Sequence record: NZ_CP148139.1
Source: a plasmid
DNA: 64,000 nucleotides
Strand: one strand, 5' to 3'
Below the pieces are notes generated by a model that was not told the DNA's origin, did no database searches, and was given only the letters and a program-made list of their open reading frames with translations. The position numbers and the translations under genes were made by a program. Shown here one piece after another: positions 29,270 through 38,861 of the stretch. Position 1 is the first letter of the stretch. The number at the start of each line of letters is the position of its first letter.

Positions 29270-30052
29270 TCAATTCAATTCATCAAGTTTTAAAAAATAA
29301 TTCCTTTTGTCAGGCATATCGTTTTTTAAATGCTTTAAAAATATTTTAGCAGTTTCCTCAGATACATCCTCTCTTAGGCAACGTTCAACAAAAGATATAT
29401 CTACAAATTCATCTGCTAATCCAGCACGACCAAGATCTAAAAAGTAAATTTCACCAGATTTATCTATAAAAATATTACTATCCGTGATATCGCCATGAGA
29501 AAAAACCAATCTTTCTTCAACACGAGTCTCATTTAACTCATTCCAAAGACTTATGTAAGTTTTATGGTCTCCCCATAATTCAGCATCAAGATCATCTTGA
29601 TCTATCTCGTCAAGGAGTTGGTTATCAATAAAAAATTTTGACTCTTTTAACCGATGATCAATGCTTGAAATAAATGGGCAATCAATAATAGCAACTGCAT
29701 TTAACTGATTGAGTGTTTCCTTATAGATAGCAAGCAATTCTTGCTCTGTTAAAAAAAGCGCTGAAATTGGTTTTGCATTGATCGCTTTAGTGATCATGAA
29801 TTCAAACTGCTCATCCTGAAAAGTCATGATGAGTTCAGGCACCTTTAATTTATCAGAGAGCCAACTCAACATTTTCGCTTCACGAGAGACACTGTATGTG
29901 GTCTCTGTATATAAAGTGCTAGATCGCTTAAGAAAAAAAGTTTCATTATTTCGATTAAAAGAATAAACATCCGATGGCGACTGACCAATTTTATTTGGCT
30001 CTAAAACGCTGTTTCCAATAAATTGTTGAATAATATTGGGCAATTCCATCAA
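29270..30052 (-). CDS. aphA6: Aminoglycoside 3'-phosphotransferase APH(3')-VIa (amikacin resistance)
   Basis: (M)MELPNIIQQFIGNSVLEPNKIGQSPSDVYSFNRNNETFFLKRSS...FLKLDELN matches my recollection of APH(3')-VI; surrounded by very AT-rich flanks. Confidence 0.85.
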   Translation of the reverse strand: MMELPNIIQQFIGNSVLEPNKIGQSPSDVYSFNRNNETFFLKRSSTLYTETTYSVSREAKMLSWLSDKLKVPELIMTFQDEQFEFMITKAINAKPISALFLTEQELLAIYKETLNQLNAVAIIDCPFISSIDHRLKESKFFIDNQLLDEIDQDDLDAELWGDHKTYISLWNELNETRVEERLVFSHGDITDSNIFIDKSGEIYFLDLGRAGLADEFVDISFVERCLREDVSEETAKIFLKHLKNDMPDKRNYFLKLDELN

Positions 30053-30129
30053 GTTTTCCTTTTATTCAGCATTAAAAACCTCGCAAATGCGAGGCTCAGT
30101 GACAGTATAAAGAAAAATGGCATCAAAAG

Positions 30130-30286
30130 CAATGTCTTCTATAGGTTTCAATCCCTTGACGATTGCAGGAGTCCCGTCTGGCAATGAAACTTTCCAAACG
30201 AGGCTGGAAAAGGTGTCCGCAATGAGAACAGGTTGCGAAACGTGCCAATGAGCAGGAAAAACAGGCGGCATGAACATCAACCCCAA
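30130..30286 (-). pseudogene. strB: strB 5' fragment (first ~52 codons), copy 2
   Basis: MFMPPVFPAHWHVSQPVLIADTFSSLVWKVSLPDGTPAIVKGLKPIEDIA then unrelated sequence; junction at ~30130. Confidence 0.8.
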
Positions 30287-31080
30287 GTCAGAGGGTCCAA
30301 TCGCAGATAGAAGGCAAGGCGTTCGCGGTCGGGGGCTTCGATCCCCAATACATTGAATAGGACAGCGAAGGCGCGCTCTGCTTCATCTGGCGCTGCCCAG
30401 TTCTCTTCGGCGTTAGCAATCATGAGTGCCAAATCGGCATAGCGATCTGCTGTTCCGAGCCGCCCAAGGTCGATCAGACCCGTGCATTGAAGAGTTTTAG
30501 GGTCCACCATGAAGTTCGGCATGCAGGGATCACCATGGCAAACAACCATATCGGTGCGCTCTTGGTCGAGCCGCACCGGTAGCTCTCGTTCGACACGAGC
30601 CAAAAGATCGAGCTGCGGCGTACTCTTGTCCTCGTCCGGTAAGAAGTCGGGATTGACGGCATTGCGGGACACCACATCAACGGCGCGTCCGAACATTCGC
30701 GACAGCCTGCGCTCAAACGGACATTGATCAACCGATAGGCTGTGAACAGCGCCAAGTTGCTGCCCCATTGACGGCCACGCTTTGAGCAAATCCGCTCCAG
30801 ACAGATCAGCCGCCGGTACTCCCGGAATTGCCGTTATCACCAAGCATGCACCCTCCTGTTCCTCCTGCCAGTTGATCACCTCGGGGCAAGCCACACCTCG
30901 ACCTTTGAGCCAAATGAGGCGGTCACGCTCTCCAGCGAGCTCACCGCGGCGGGAAGCAGGTGCGATTTTCGCGAAGGCATGCCCGTCACCACGTCGAAAA
31001 ACAAAATCACCAGATTCTCCGCCTCTGACAGGCAACCAGTCAGAATGCGATTCACCAAAAAAAATATTAGTTCGATTCAA
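30277..31080 (-). CDS. strA: APH(3'')-Ib, copy 2
   Basis: 267 aa identical to copy 1. Confidence 0.9.
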   Translation of the reverse strand: MNRTNIFFGESHSDWLPVRGGESGDFVFRRGDGHAFAKIAPASRRGELAGERDRLIWLKGRGVACPEVINWQEEQEGACLVITAIPGVPAADLSGADLLKAWPSMGQQLGAVHSLSVDQCPFERRLSRMFGRAVDVVSRNAVNPDFLPDEDKSTPQLDLLARVERELPVRLDQERTDMVVCHGDPCMPNFMVDPKTLQCTGLIDLGRLGTADRYADLALMIANAEENWAAPDEAERAFAVLFNVLGIEAPDRERLAFYLRLDPLTWG

Positions 31081-31145
31081 TGGAGGTTCCTTCAGTTTTC
31101 TGATGAAGCGCGGAGGTGGCTCAACCTGCGAAAAGAAACGAGTTG

Positions 31146-31660
31146 CTACGTAAGTCCGAGAACATGCTTTCCATGGTCTCTGAGCTCGCCTTTGGGACCG
31201 ACATATCGGTAGAGAGTGACGCGCTCGATGCCGAGTTCCTTGCAGAGATCGGAAACTGAAGTATCGCGCTGGGCCATGGCGGCTTGCGCGAGACGCACCT
31301 GAGCTTTGGTGAGCGCGAATTTTCGTCCGCCCTTGCGACCGCGCGCTCTCGCGGAGGCGAGACCCGCCATGGTGCGCTCTCGGATCAGATCCCGCTCGAA
31401 CTCGGCCAAGGTGGCGAAGATTCCGAACACCATGCGACCGGACGCAGTCGTGGTGTCGATCTGAGCGCCCTTTCCAGTCAGAACCCGCAGGCCGATCTTG
31501 CGGTCTGACAGCTCCTTCACCGTGTTGACCAGATGGGCAAGCGATCGTCCGAGGCGATCGAGCTTCCAGACCACCAGCACATCGCCGTCACGCAATGACT
31601 TGAGGCAGGCAGTCAAGCCAGGGCGATCATCACGACCGCCGGAAGCAAGATCATCATAGA
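31146..31660 (-). pseudogene. tnpR: Serine resolvase tnpR (Tn5393-type, upstream of strA), 5'-truncated by IS26
   Basis: ...VLVVWKLDRLGRSLAHLVNTVKELSDRKIGLRVLTGKG...ERTMAGLASARARGRKGGR; the N-terminal catalytic-Ser region is missing and the ORF track start at 31733 lies inside IS26. Confidence 0.75.
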
Positions 31661-32480
31661 GGCACTGTTGCAAATAGTCGGTGGTGATAAACTTATCATC
31701 CCCTTTTGCTGATGGAGCTGCACATGAACCCATTCAAAGGCCGGCATTTTCAGCGTGACATCATTCTGTGGGCCGTACGCTGGTACTGCAAATACGGCAT
31801 CAGTTACCGTGAGCTGCAGGAGATGCTGGCTGAACGCGGAGTGAATGTCGATCACTCCACGATTTACCGCTGGGTTCAGCGTTATGCGCCTGAAATGGAA
31901 AAACGGCTGCGCTGGTACTGGCGTAACCCTTCCGATCTTTGCCCGTGGCACATGGATGAAACCTACGTGAAGGTCAATGGCCGCTGGGCGTATCTGTACC
32001 GGGCCGTCGACAGCCGGGGCCGCACTGTCGATTTTTATCTCTCCTCCCGTCGTAACAGCAAAGCTGCATACCGGTTTCTGGGTAAAATCCTCAACAACGT
32101 GAAGAAGTGGCAGATCCCGCGATTCATCAACACGGATAAAGCGCCCGCCTATGGTCGCGCGCTTGCTCTGCTCAAACGCGAAGGCCGGTGCCCGTCTGAC
32201 GTTGAACACCGACAGATTAAGTACCGGAACAACGTGATTGAATGCGATCATGGCAAACTGAAACGGATAATCGGCGCCACGCTGGGATTTAAATCCATGA
32301 AGACGGCTTACGCCACCATCAAAGGTATTGAGGTGATGCGTGCACTACGCAAAGGCCAGGCCTCAGCATTTTATTATGGTGATCCCCTGGGCGAAATGCG
32401 CCTGGTAAGCAGAGTTTTTGAAATGTAAGGCCTTTGAATAAGACAAAAGGCTGCCTCATCGCTAACTTTGCAACAGTGCC
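31661..32480 (+). mobile_element. IS26 copy 3 (inverted relative to copies 1-2)
   Basis: 820 bp with IRs; tnp26 31706-32428 (+). Confidence 0.95.
31706..32428 (+). CDS. tnpA: IS26 transposase
   Basis: Identical 240 aa. Confidence 0.95.
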   Translation: MLMELHMNPFKGRHFQRDIILWAVRWYCKYGISYRELQEMLAERGVNVDHSTIYRWVQRYAPEMEKRLRWYWRNPSDLCPWHMDETYVKVNGRWAYLYRAVDSRGRTVDFYLSSRRNSKAAYRFLGKILNNVKKWQIPRFINTDKAPAYGRALALLKREGRCPSDVEHRQIKYRNNVIECDHGKLKRIIGATLGFKSMKTAYATIKGIEVMRALRKGQASAFYYGDPLGEMRLVSRVFEM

Positions 32481-32616
32481 CAGCAAAGATGAAATCAATG
32501 ATTTATCAAAAATGATTGAAAGGTGGTTGTAAATAATGTTACAATGTGTGAGAAGCAGTCTAAATTCTTCGTGAAATAGTGATTTTTGAAGCTAATAAAA
32601 AACACACGTGGAATTT
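32481..32616 (+). mobile_element. ISEcp1 3'-end remnant (IRR side) supplying the outward promoter for blaCTX-M, truncated by IS26
   Basis: ttgaaaggtggttgtaaataatgttacaatgtgtgagaagcagtctaaattcttcgtgaaatagtgatttttgaagctaataaaaaacacacgtggaatttaggg followed by 42-bp spacer then blaCTX-M ATG, as recalled for ISEcp1-blaCTX-M-9-group contexts. Confidence 0.75.
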
Positions 32617-32643
32617 AGGGAATACTGATGTAACACGGATTGA

Positions 32644-33537
<894 letters not shown>

Positions 33538-33877
33538 CTCTCAATAATGGGGCGCTACGGTGCCCCACTTTCTATTTATATATCCGTAAAAGCTTTTCTT
33601 GATATACATCTTCAGCTTTTTGTATGATTATTAATATCATTCTTTTCGATGGCCTTAAGACCTTTTTAAGTCAAAAGTATTACCTCCCCCAAAAAACAAA
33701 TCCGCAAAGTAATGGAAGTAAATTATTTTATTTTGAATAGTCTTCATTGTGATTAGTCACATGACTCATTCTTTTTATTGTAATTATCTGATTTACATTC
33801 GCAGTTTTCTCATTGTTTCCGCCGGAAGTTATTCTTCCACTGTTTTTCCTCTTTATTTCCGCATGGTTGTTTTTCCA

Positions 33878-33985
33878 TCTTATTCAAAGGCCTTACATTT
33901 CAAAAACTCTGCTTACCAGGCGCATTTCGCCCAGGGGATCACCATAATAAAATGCTGAGGCCTGGCCTTTGCGTAGTGCACGCAT
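33878..33985 (-). mobile_element. Orphan internal IS26 fragment (108 bp of the tnp26 3' end, no terminal IR)
   Basis: Identical to 24013-24120 region (cttattcaaaggccttacatttcaaaaactctgc...gtagtgcacgcat) then diverges. Confidence 0.8.
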
Positions 33986-34094
33986 GTAATTCACTCAATG
34001 CCTTACCTTGTTGCAGATGACGGCGACGAAAAACAAAATGCGAGGCGCAGATACTCAGTATATTTCAGGCCGCAAATGCGGCCTGCCATCTGCA

Positions 34095-34955
34095 TTACAC
34101 GCGAGGGGGTAACATTCCGGGATAGTGACTGGCAACCAGATTATTGATCTTCTCAACCAGCTCCGGGCGTTTAAACGTAATGTGGGCGCTGCCCTTTTTG
34201 TAATATCGCACGCTGAAGTAATCACACTCGAACACCTTACCGTTGAACTGGTTTTCACTGAAAAAGGCATCCAGTTTGGCACCGTCAGAAACGCGGTAAT
34301 CAGGCACGTTACGCCCGTCCAGCACGTAGAACGGCCGCGCCAGATCGTCAATTTTGGTGTGCCCGTCTGAGCTGAAGCGCACCCAGCCACTGCGCCAGAC
34401 ATCGAGCAACGGCGCGATGATGATACGCTTGCCAAACATGCAGGGATTATTGGTTTTATAATCCCACGACAGGGATTTAAAGATATCAATCAGCCCTTGC
34501 GTGAAAGTATCGGCCTTGCTTGCGTTCAGGTGCCGGAACGTACTCATAACGTTCTCCAGCGTTATCGGCGGCATTTCTTCGCCTGCCACCTGCCGATCCC
34601 ATTCCTGACGTTGTTTGTTGCTCATCAGCGTATACATGCCGGTTTCCGACATCAGCCGATCCCAGATTTTTCCGTCGATAACGCGGGAAATAGCCGTTTC
34701 GGCCTGGTCTGGTCTGGTGTCGCTCCATTTGATCGCGCTCTCTACGGCTTTGTCGTAGTCATACAGGTACTGACAGCCTCCGGCCTGCTGCATCAGATCG
34801 CGCGCTTTTCGCAGCTTGTCTATGCCGTCGAGATAGACGCGAATACCTTCATTCCGCAACGAGATAATGCGCTCAATAGCAATAGACGGGATCACTTCAC
34901 CGCCATGCTGGCAGGACATCAGATCGACCGACGGGAGAGTTTTTTCAGATGACAT
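34095..34955 (-). CDS. Hypothetical protein (IncL/M-like backbone)
   Basis: ORF track 34095-35024; start at MSSEKTLPSV (34955) fits the conserved aggagt RBS of the CUP-like element. Confidence 0.45.
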   Translation of the reverse strand: MSSEKTLPSVDLMSCQHGGEVIPSIAIERIISLRNEGIRVYLDGIDKLRKARDLMQQAGGCQYLYDYDKAVESAIKWSDTRPDQAETAISRVIDGKIWDRLMSETGMYTLMSNKQRQEWDRQVAGEEMPPITLENVMSTFRHLNASKADTFTQGLIDIFKSLSWDYKTNNPCMFGKRIIIAPLLDVWRSGWVRFSSDGHTKIDDLARPFYVLDGRNVPDYRVSDGAKLDAFFSENQFNGKVFECDYFSVRYYKKGSAHITFKRPELVEKINNLVASHYPGMLPPRV

Positions 34956-34970
34956 TTCAGACTCCTGCGC

Positions 34971-34997
34971 CATGCGGGGCGCTACCGTAAGGGGTGA
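34971..34997 (-). promoter_or_regulatory. CUP-like conserved 5'UTR element, partial copy A
   Basis: actcctgcgccatgcggggcgctaccg. Confidence 0.5.
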
Positions 34998-35034
34998 ACA
35001 GGGCTGGCAATGCCAGCCCATCAATGATTATTTG

Positions 35035-35211
35035 CAGCGCTGAAGCAGTTTACTGACCTGCTCGGCCAGCGCATACGTGGACGCATACGGGCCACTTAAA
35101 CGACGGTTAGGGATTTCGTTGAGGGCATACAGGCACGCCTTCAGCAGCGCATCTTTCTGCGTTTCCAGTTCAGCTTTAAGCTGGGAGGGGGTCAGTGCTT
35201 TACTCATAATT
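35035..35211 (-). CDS. Small hypothetical protein (58 aa; below the ORF-track threshold)
   Basis: MSKALTPSQLKAELETQKDALLKACLYALNEIPNRRLSGPYASTYALAEQVSKLLQRCK, preceded by a full CUP-like element with aggagt RBS. Confidence 0.35.
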
Positions 35212-35213
35212 TG

Positions 35214-35303
35214 TTACTCCTGCGCCAGTCGGGGCGCTACCGCGAAAAGCCTCATTGCCTTTCGATGTGATTATTATACGTCTAATGAGCCATAACAATC
35301 AAG
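35214..35303 (-). promoter_or_regulatory. CUP-like conserved promoter/5'UTR element copy B
   Basis: Sense strand: cttgat...tggctcattagacgtataataatcacatcgaaaggcaatgaggcttttcgcggtagcgccccgactggcgcaggagtaacaaattATG. Confidence 0.6.
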
Positions 35304-35883
35304 CGTTATCTGATTAATTTTCTTTGTTTTTTCCTGGACTCCTTTCCCTGTAAATTTTGCTTTTCAGATCCCCATCAGCCCGATGAAGGTGCTTTGCCGG
35401 CATGGTGCAGGGGTTCAGGCATCAGACACTAGCGATAGCCCGAAACCCCGCAGGGGGTTCGGCGGAGCTGCCAGGCTTTGCCTGGCTAGCGGAGTGTGGC
35501 TGACGACTGCCCGACGGGCAGGAGCCGAAGGGGCCCAGAGGTGTTTTAGTACGGCAGGCCTGCCAGAAAACGCCGGCAACTGAGCAGAAATGAACAGGGA
35601 AGACACGCTGTGCGGGCGTCAAAATTAAGTAACTGGCAGACACCAGGGCGGGATCACATCAGAAAGAGCCAGAATAGGGGGCAGGACTCGTCAAAGTCAT
35701 AAAAACGATGATGGGTACAGTTTTTTTAAATGCGCGCCCAGAGAGCGGCTCAGCGCGTTTCAGGGCAATACGGGTTCGATGCCCGTATTGCCCTGCAGGC
35801 GGCAACCACCGCGTCAGCCTTCAGCCCCGGCCAGATATCCGATACGTTCAGGAAGCACGTTTGCGCGTCGGTGTTTTGCGCTG

Positions 35884-36150
35884 CTATTTCCAGATCGGCG
35901 GTAAGCCGGCATCGATGCAAAGGACGCACCAGACGGAATACGCGATGTCACTTTCTCCGTTCACCCAGCGGCGCACCGTTCTGCCGTTCACGCCAACATG
36001 TCGCGCCAGCCCCTCCTGACTCAGGTTGAGCACATTTTCCAGCAGATAGCGGAGTTCATCCCCCGTCGGCGGGGTCCATTTATCAGCGGGACGGAAACAG
36101 CTTTCGCGGATCGCGCCCACGTTAAGCGGCACGGTATATTTATTGCCCAT
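35884..36150 (-). CDS. HTH DNA-binding protein (XRE-like)
   Basis: 88 aa from MGNKYTVPLNV...LSQEGLARHVGVNGRTVRRWVNGE; ggagg SD before ATG at 36150. Confidence 0.5.
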   Translation of the reverse strand: MGNKYTVPLNVGAIRESCFRPADKWTPPTGDELRYLLENVLNLSQEGLARHVGVNGRTVRRWVNGESDIAYSVWCVLCIDAGLPPIWK

Positions 36151-36194
36151 AGCAAGCCTCCAGAGCCGGCCGCACCACTGTGCGGCCGCGGTTA

Positions 36195-36605
36195 TCAAAT
36201 CAGACCATGTTCAGCAAAAGAGTAAATATCGCTGCCGCCCACAATCAGGTGATCGAGGACTTTGACATCAACCATCCCCAGCACCTGCGCCAGACGCTCG
36301 GTGATCAGCTTGTCAGCCTGGCTGGGTGCAGTGTTAGCGGAAGGATGGTTATGCGCCAGTACCACGGCGGCGGCATTATGATGCAGGGCGCGTTGCAGGA
36401 CGATACGCGGATGAACGGTGACGCTGCTGATAGTTCCCTTAAACAGTTCTTCAAACGCAATCACGCCGTTGTGGCAGTTAAGAAAGAACGCGCAGAATGA
36501 TTCGCGTGGTTCTGCAGCAAGACGAAACCGCAGTAAGGAACGCGCGGCGTCGGCGCCGGTGATAAAATCCGTTGTGGTAATGTTCCCGGATATAGCGGGC
36601 AACAT
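36195..36605 (-). CDS. radC: RadC-like JAB-domain protein (YeeS/YkfG/YfjY family); the N-terminus may be frameshifted
   Basis: ...FLNCHNGVIAFEELFKGTISSVTVHPRIVLQRALHHNAAAVVLAHNHPSANTAPSQADKLITERL...; the conserved RBS-ATG of the upstream CUP element (36636) is out of frame with this ORF. Confidence 0.7.
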   Translation of the reverse strand: MLPAISGNITTTDFITGADAARSLLRFRLAAEPRESFCAFFLNCHNGVIAFEELFKGTISSVTVHPRIVLQRALHHNAAAVVLAHNHPSANTAPSQADKLITERLAQVLGMVDVKVLDHLIVGGSDIYSFAEHGLI

Positions 36606-36640
36606 CAGCCTGTTGCTGAGAATTGAGAGCAGTCATAAGG

Positions 36641-36733
36641 TGACTCCTGCGCCGGTCGGGGCGCTACCGTCGAAAGACCGGATTGCCTTTCGATGTAATT
36701 ATTATACGTCTAATGAGCCATATAAATCAAGTT
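36641..36733 (-). promoter_or_regulatory. CUP-like element copy C
   Basis: tgactcctgcgccggtcggggcgctaccgtcgaaagaccggattgcctttcgatgtaattattatacgtctaatgagccatataaatcaag. Confidence 0.6.
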
Positions 36734-36753
36734 AATTTTGTTATTTTCCTGAT

Positions 36754-37164
36754 TTAAGGAGACTCTTTCCCCTGTAAATTTTGCATCACAAGCGCACCGT
36801 TCGGGCGCTGCAGGCGAATAATATCGTTCTGGCGTGCGTCTTTTTCCCGGATGATCCGCCAGGTTTCGGTGACGGCGCCGGCTGGCTGATACAGTCTGAC
36901 CTTCACCTCGGAACGCTCTGCAGACAGCACAATGCAGCCTTTCTCATCTTGTGCAGCTGCGTGCCGGGCTTCATCTTTTTCCCGCGGGCAGTCATCAAAT
37001 CCTGATATTCGGACCGGGTGGCCATCGATATCAACCTGATAGCCGGGCGAAATCACGGGCACGGGCTGTGGCACATTCGGGAAATAATCAGCCAGATCAC
37101 ACCCTGTCAGGGCTACGGGCACAAGGCAGGCATACAGCATTAACATTCGGCGTGTGGTGATCAT
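36754..37164 (-). CDS. Lipoprotein
   Basis: MITTRRMLMLYACLVPVALTGCDL lipobox; ORF track 36754-37233 has an upstream alternative start. Confidence 0.45.
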   Translation of the reverse strand: MITTRRMLMLYACLVPVALTGCDLADYFPNVPQPVPVISPGYQVDIDGHPVRISGFDDCPREKDEARHAAAQDEKGCIVLSAERSEVKVRLYQPAGAVTETWRIIREKDARQNDIIRLQRPNGALVMQNLQGKESP

Positions 37165-37192
37165 AAAGGGTCCTCTCTGGTCGCCGCGGGCC

Positions 37193-37672
37193 TTATTTCG
37201 CCTTCTCAACCAGCTGCAGTGACGGATGCTCACCGGCCAGAAGTAACAGGAAATTGAATTCCCCGGTCTTGAGCTTTACGCCGCGCTGAGCAGCCTTTTC
37301 TTTGGTCTGCCATGACGCCGGTTTATAGCCAAACAGCGCTGCAATTTCAGCGTGTTTTAGCCCCAGCGCCTGACGCAGGCGGCGAACGTCTTCGGCCGTG
37401 GCGGGCTCTTTAACCATATCATCCGGGCTGAACGTCCTGTTCAGGCGGTAATCAGGATGCACGCCGGCGATCAGCATCAGCATGTTATATTCGCCTGGGC
37501 GAAGACTGGTCTTGTTGTACTGGCTGAGATCGTCGCTGATAGCTTCCTTACGCTGCCAGGCGCGCAGTTCGTACCCCATGACAGCCCCTAATGCGGTTTC
37601 AGTCATGCCCATTTTTTCACGGAGCGTCTTCACTGTTTCCGGCTGCGGAACGACGCTAACCATCTTAATCAT
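37193..37672 (-). CDS. Protein with two tandem HTH-like repeats (putative regulator)
   Basis: 159 aa; MTETALGAVMGYELRAWQRKE and LKHAEIAALFGYKPASWQTKEK repeats. Confidence 0.4.
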   Translation of the reverse strand: MIKMVSVVPQPETVKTLREKMGMTETALGAVMGYELRAWQRKEAISDDLSQYNKTSLRPGEYNMLMLIAGVHPDYRLNRTFSPDDMVKEPATAEDVRRLRQALGLKHAEIAALFGYKPASWQTKEKAAQRGVKLKTGEFNFLLLLAGEHPSLQLVEKAK

Positions 37673-38171
37673 TACCCTTCTCCCAGAAGTCTGAATTCAG
37701 AAAAATTTTCACCTGGCGCGTGCGGGGATAGTCCTGGTGCTTCAGCCCCTCCCGCGTATCAGACAGGTACTGCGTTTCCTGCTGCACCTTGTTGATTTTG
37801 CCATTCCATTTGCGGGCCAGCGCCCGGTAACGCCCGTTCTCCAGCTGATAAACTTCAAACGTATACTTGTTCGGCCCGCTCCAGCCTTCGTTGTAATAGA
37901 CCTGTTTCATAGGATCTGCCTGATCGATGCGCCCCGTTAACATGACATCCCGGCTGCATTGCCTGAACCAGTAACCGCGGGGCATAGCCGGTGGCCGGTC
38001 GCTTATTTCCCGTCTGGATAGCGTGCCGAAAGGCTGTGAGCGCAGGTGACAACCTGATCTCAGGTCAATCTGGCATGGCGTGTTGTGCAGGGACCAGCGC
38101 CGCTGCCGCAGGCAATGGCTCAGGGTGATCACAGGTACGACACGGGAAACGAACAGGGGGAATGATTGCAT
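37665..38171 (-). CDS. Hypothetical protein driven by CUP-like copy D
   Basis: 168 aa; start ATG 38171 immediately follows the aggagtaaaacc RBS of the repeat. Confidence 0.45.
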   Translation of the reverse strand: MQSFPLFVSRVVPVITLSHCLRQRRWSLHNTPCQIDLRSGCHLRSQPFGTLSRREISDRPPAMPRGYWFRQCSRDVMLTGRIDQADPMKQVYYNEGWSGPNKYTFEVYQLENGRYRALARKWNGKINKVQQETQYLSDTREGLKHQDYPRTRQVKIFLNSDFWEKGND

Positions 38172-38184
38172 GGTTTTACTCCTT

Positions 38185-38265
38185 CGCCAGTCGGGGCGCT
38201 ACCGAAAAATGAGCCTTGATAATACGACGAATGAGCCATATAAATCAAGTTAAAAATCAGGCGGC
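38185..38265 (-). promoter_or_regulatory. CUP-like element copy D
   Basis: ttcgccagtcggggcgctaccgaaaaatgagccttgataatacgacgaatgagccatataaatcaag. Confidence 0.6.
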
Positions 38266-38288
38266 AGAGTTTCTGCCGCTGCTGTAGG

Positions 38289-38852
38289 TCAGTACCGTGG
38301 GGCCACGTCCTTTCCTTCGCCCCATAAACGGGAAAACTCGTTCACGTAGGCTTCAGTTACTGCAGGCGCGCCGCTGATCAGCACCACATTTTCCGCATTA
38401 CGACTGTCTGCACTGGCGCTGAAGTTAAACGATCCGGTCAAGACGGCGCGGCGGTCAAAGACCATGAATTTATCATGCATGGCCTCGTAGTTATCGTTGA
38501 TCCGCACCGCCACGCGGTTATTGGCCAGAAAGTTCACTTCGGTGTACCGGTTGTCGTTCGCTTTGCGATCGGCCACCACCACCACCGATACGCCCCGTTT
38601 TTTTGCGGCACGCAACGCGCCGGCAACAGGACGACTGGTCAGGCTGTACGCGGCAACCAGAATCTCATGCTGCGCGTGGTCGATTGAATCCAGAACCAGA
38701 TTTAATGCGGTCCCGCCGGGTGAAAACCCGGTTTTCACTTCAGTCGCAGCTTGCGCCTGGACATCGCCGGCAATATTGCCGGCCGCTGTTACCGGGTTTG
38801 CTGCCACGGCGCCGGCGATGAGGGTCAGGGTTAACAGCACATATTTTTTCAC
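38289..38852 (-). CDS. nuc: Nuc, phospholipase-D-superfamily periplasmic endonuclease (as on IncN/IncW/IncL/M plasmids)
   Basis: 187 aa; signal peptide; HxK motif MHDKFMVFD; overall similarity to pKM101 Nuc as recalled. Confidence 0.8.
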   Translation of the reverse strand: MKKYVLLTLTLIAGAVAANPVTAAGNIAGDVQAQAATEVKTGFSPGGTALNLVLDSIDHAQHEILVAAYSLTSRPVAGALRAAKKRGVSVVVVADRKANDNRYTEVNFLANNRVAVRINDNYEAMHDKFMVFDRRAVLTGSFNFSASADSRNAENVVLISGAPAVTEAYVNEFSRLWGEGKDVAPRY

Positions 38853-38861
38853 GCTGCCCCC

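Noticed and set aside
31146-31733. 195-aa 'complete' recombinase ORF
   Set aside because: Its N-terminal ~24 codons are encoded by the IS26 inverted repeat/left end and the resolvase catalytic N-terminus is missing. Treated as a truncated tnpR remnant.
33538-33877. IS903 downstream of blaCTX-M-14-like gene
   Set aside because: The IS903 terminal repeat GGCTTTGTTGAATAAATCG is not present. The sequence is unrelated AT-rich DNA.
33749-33958. 69-aa ORF downstream of blaCTX-M
   Set aside because: It spans the junction into the IS26 fragment with no RBS. Likely non-coding.
34055-34952. ORFs 34055-34489, 34125-34370, 34486-34728 and 34497-34952
   Set aside because: They overlap the 286-aa gene 34095-34955 in other frames. 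That gene is favoured because it alone is preceded by the conserved CUP-like RBS.
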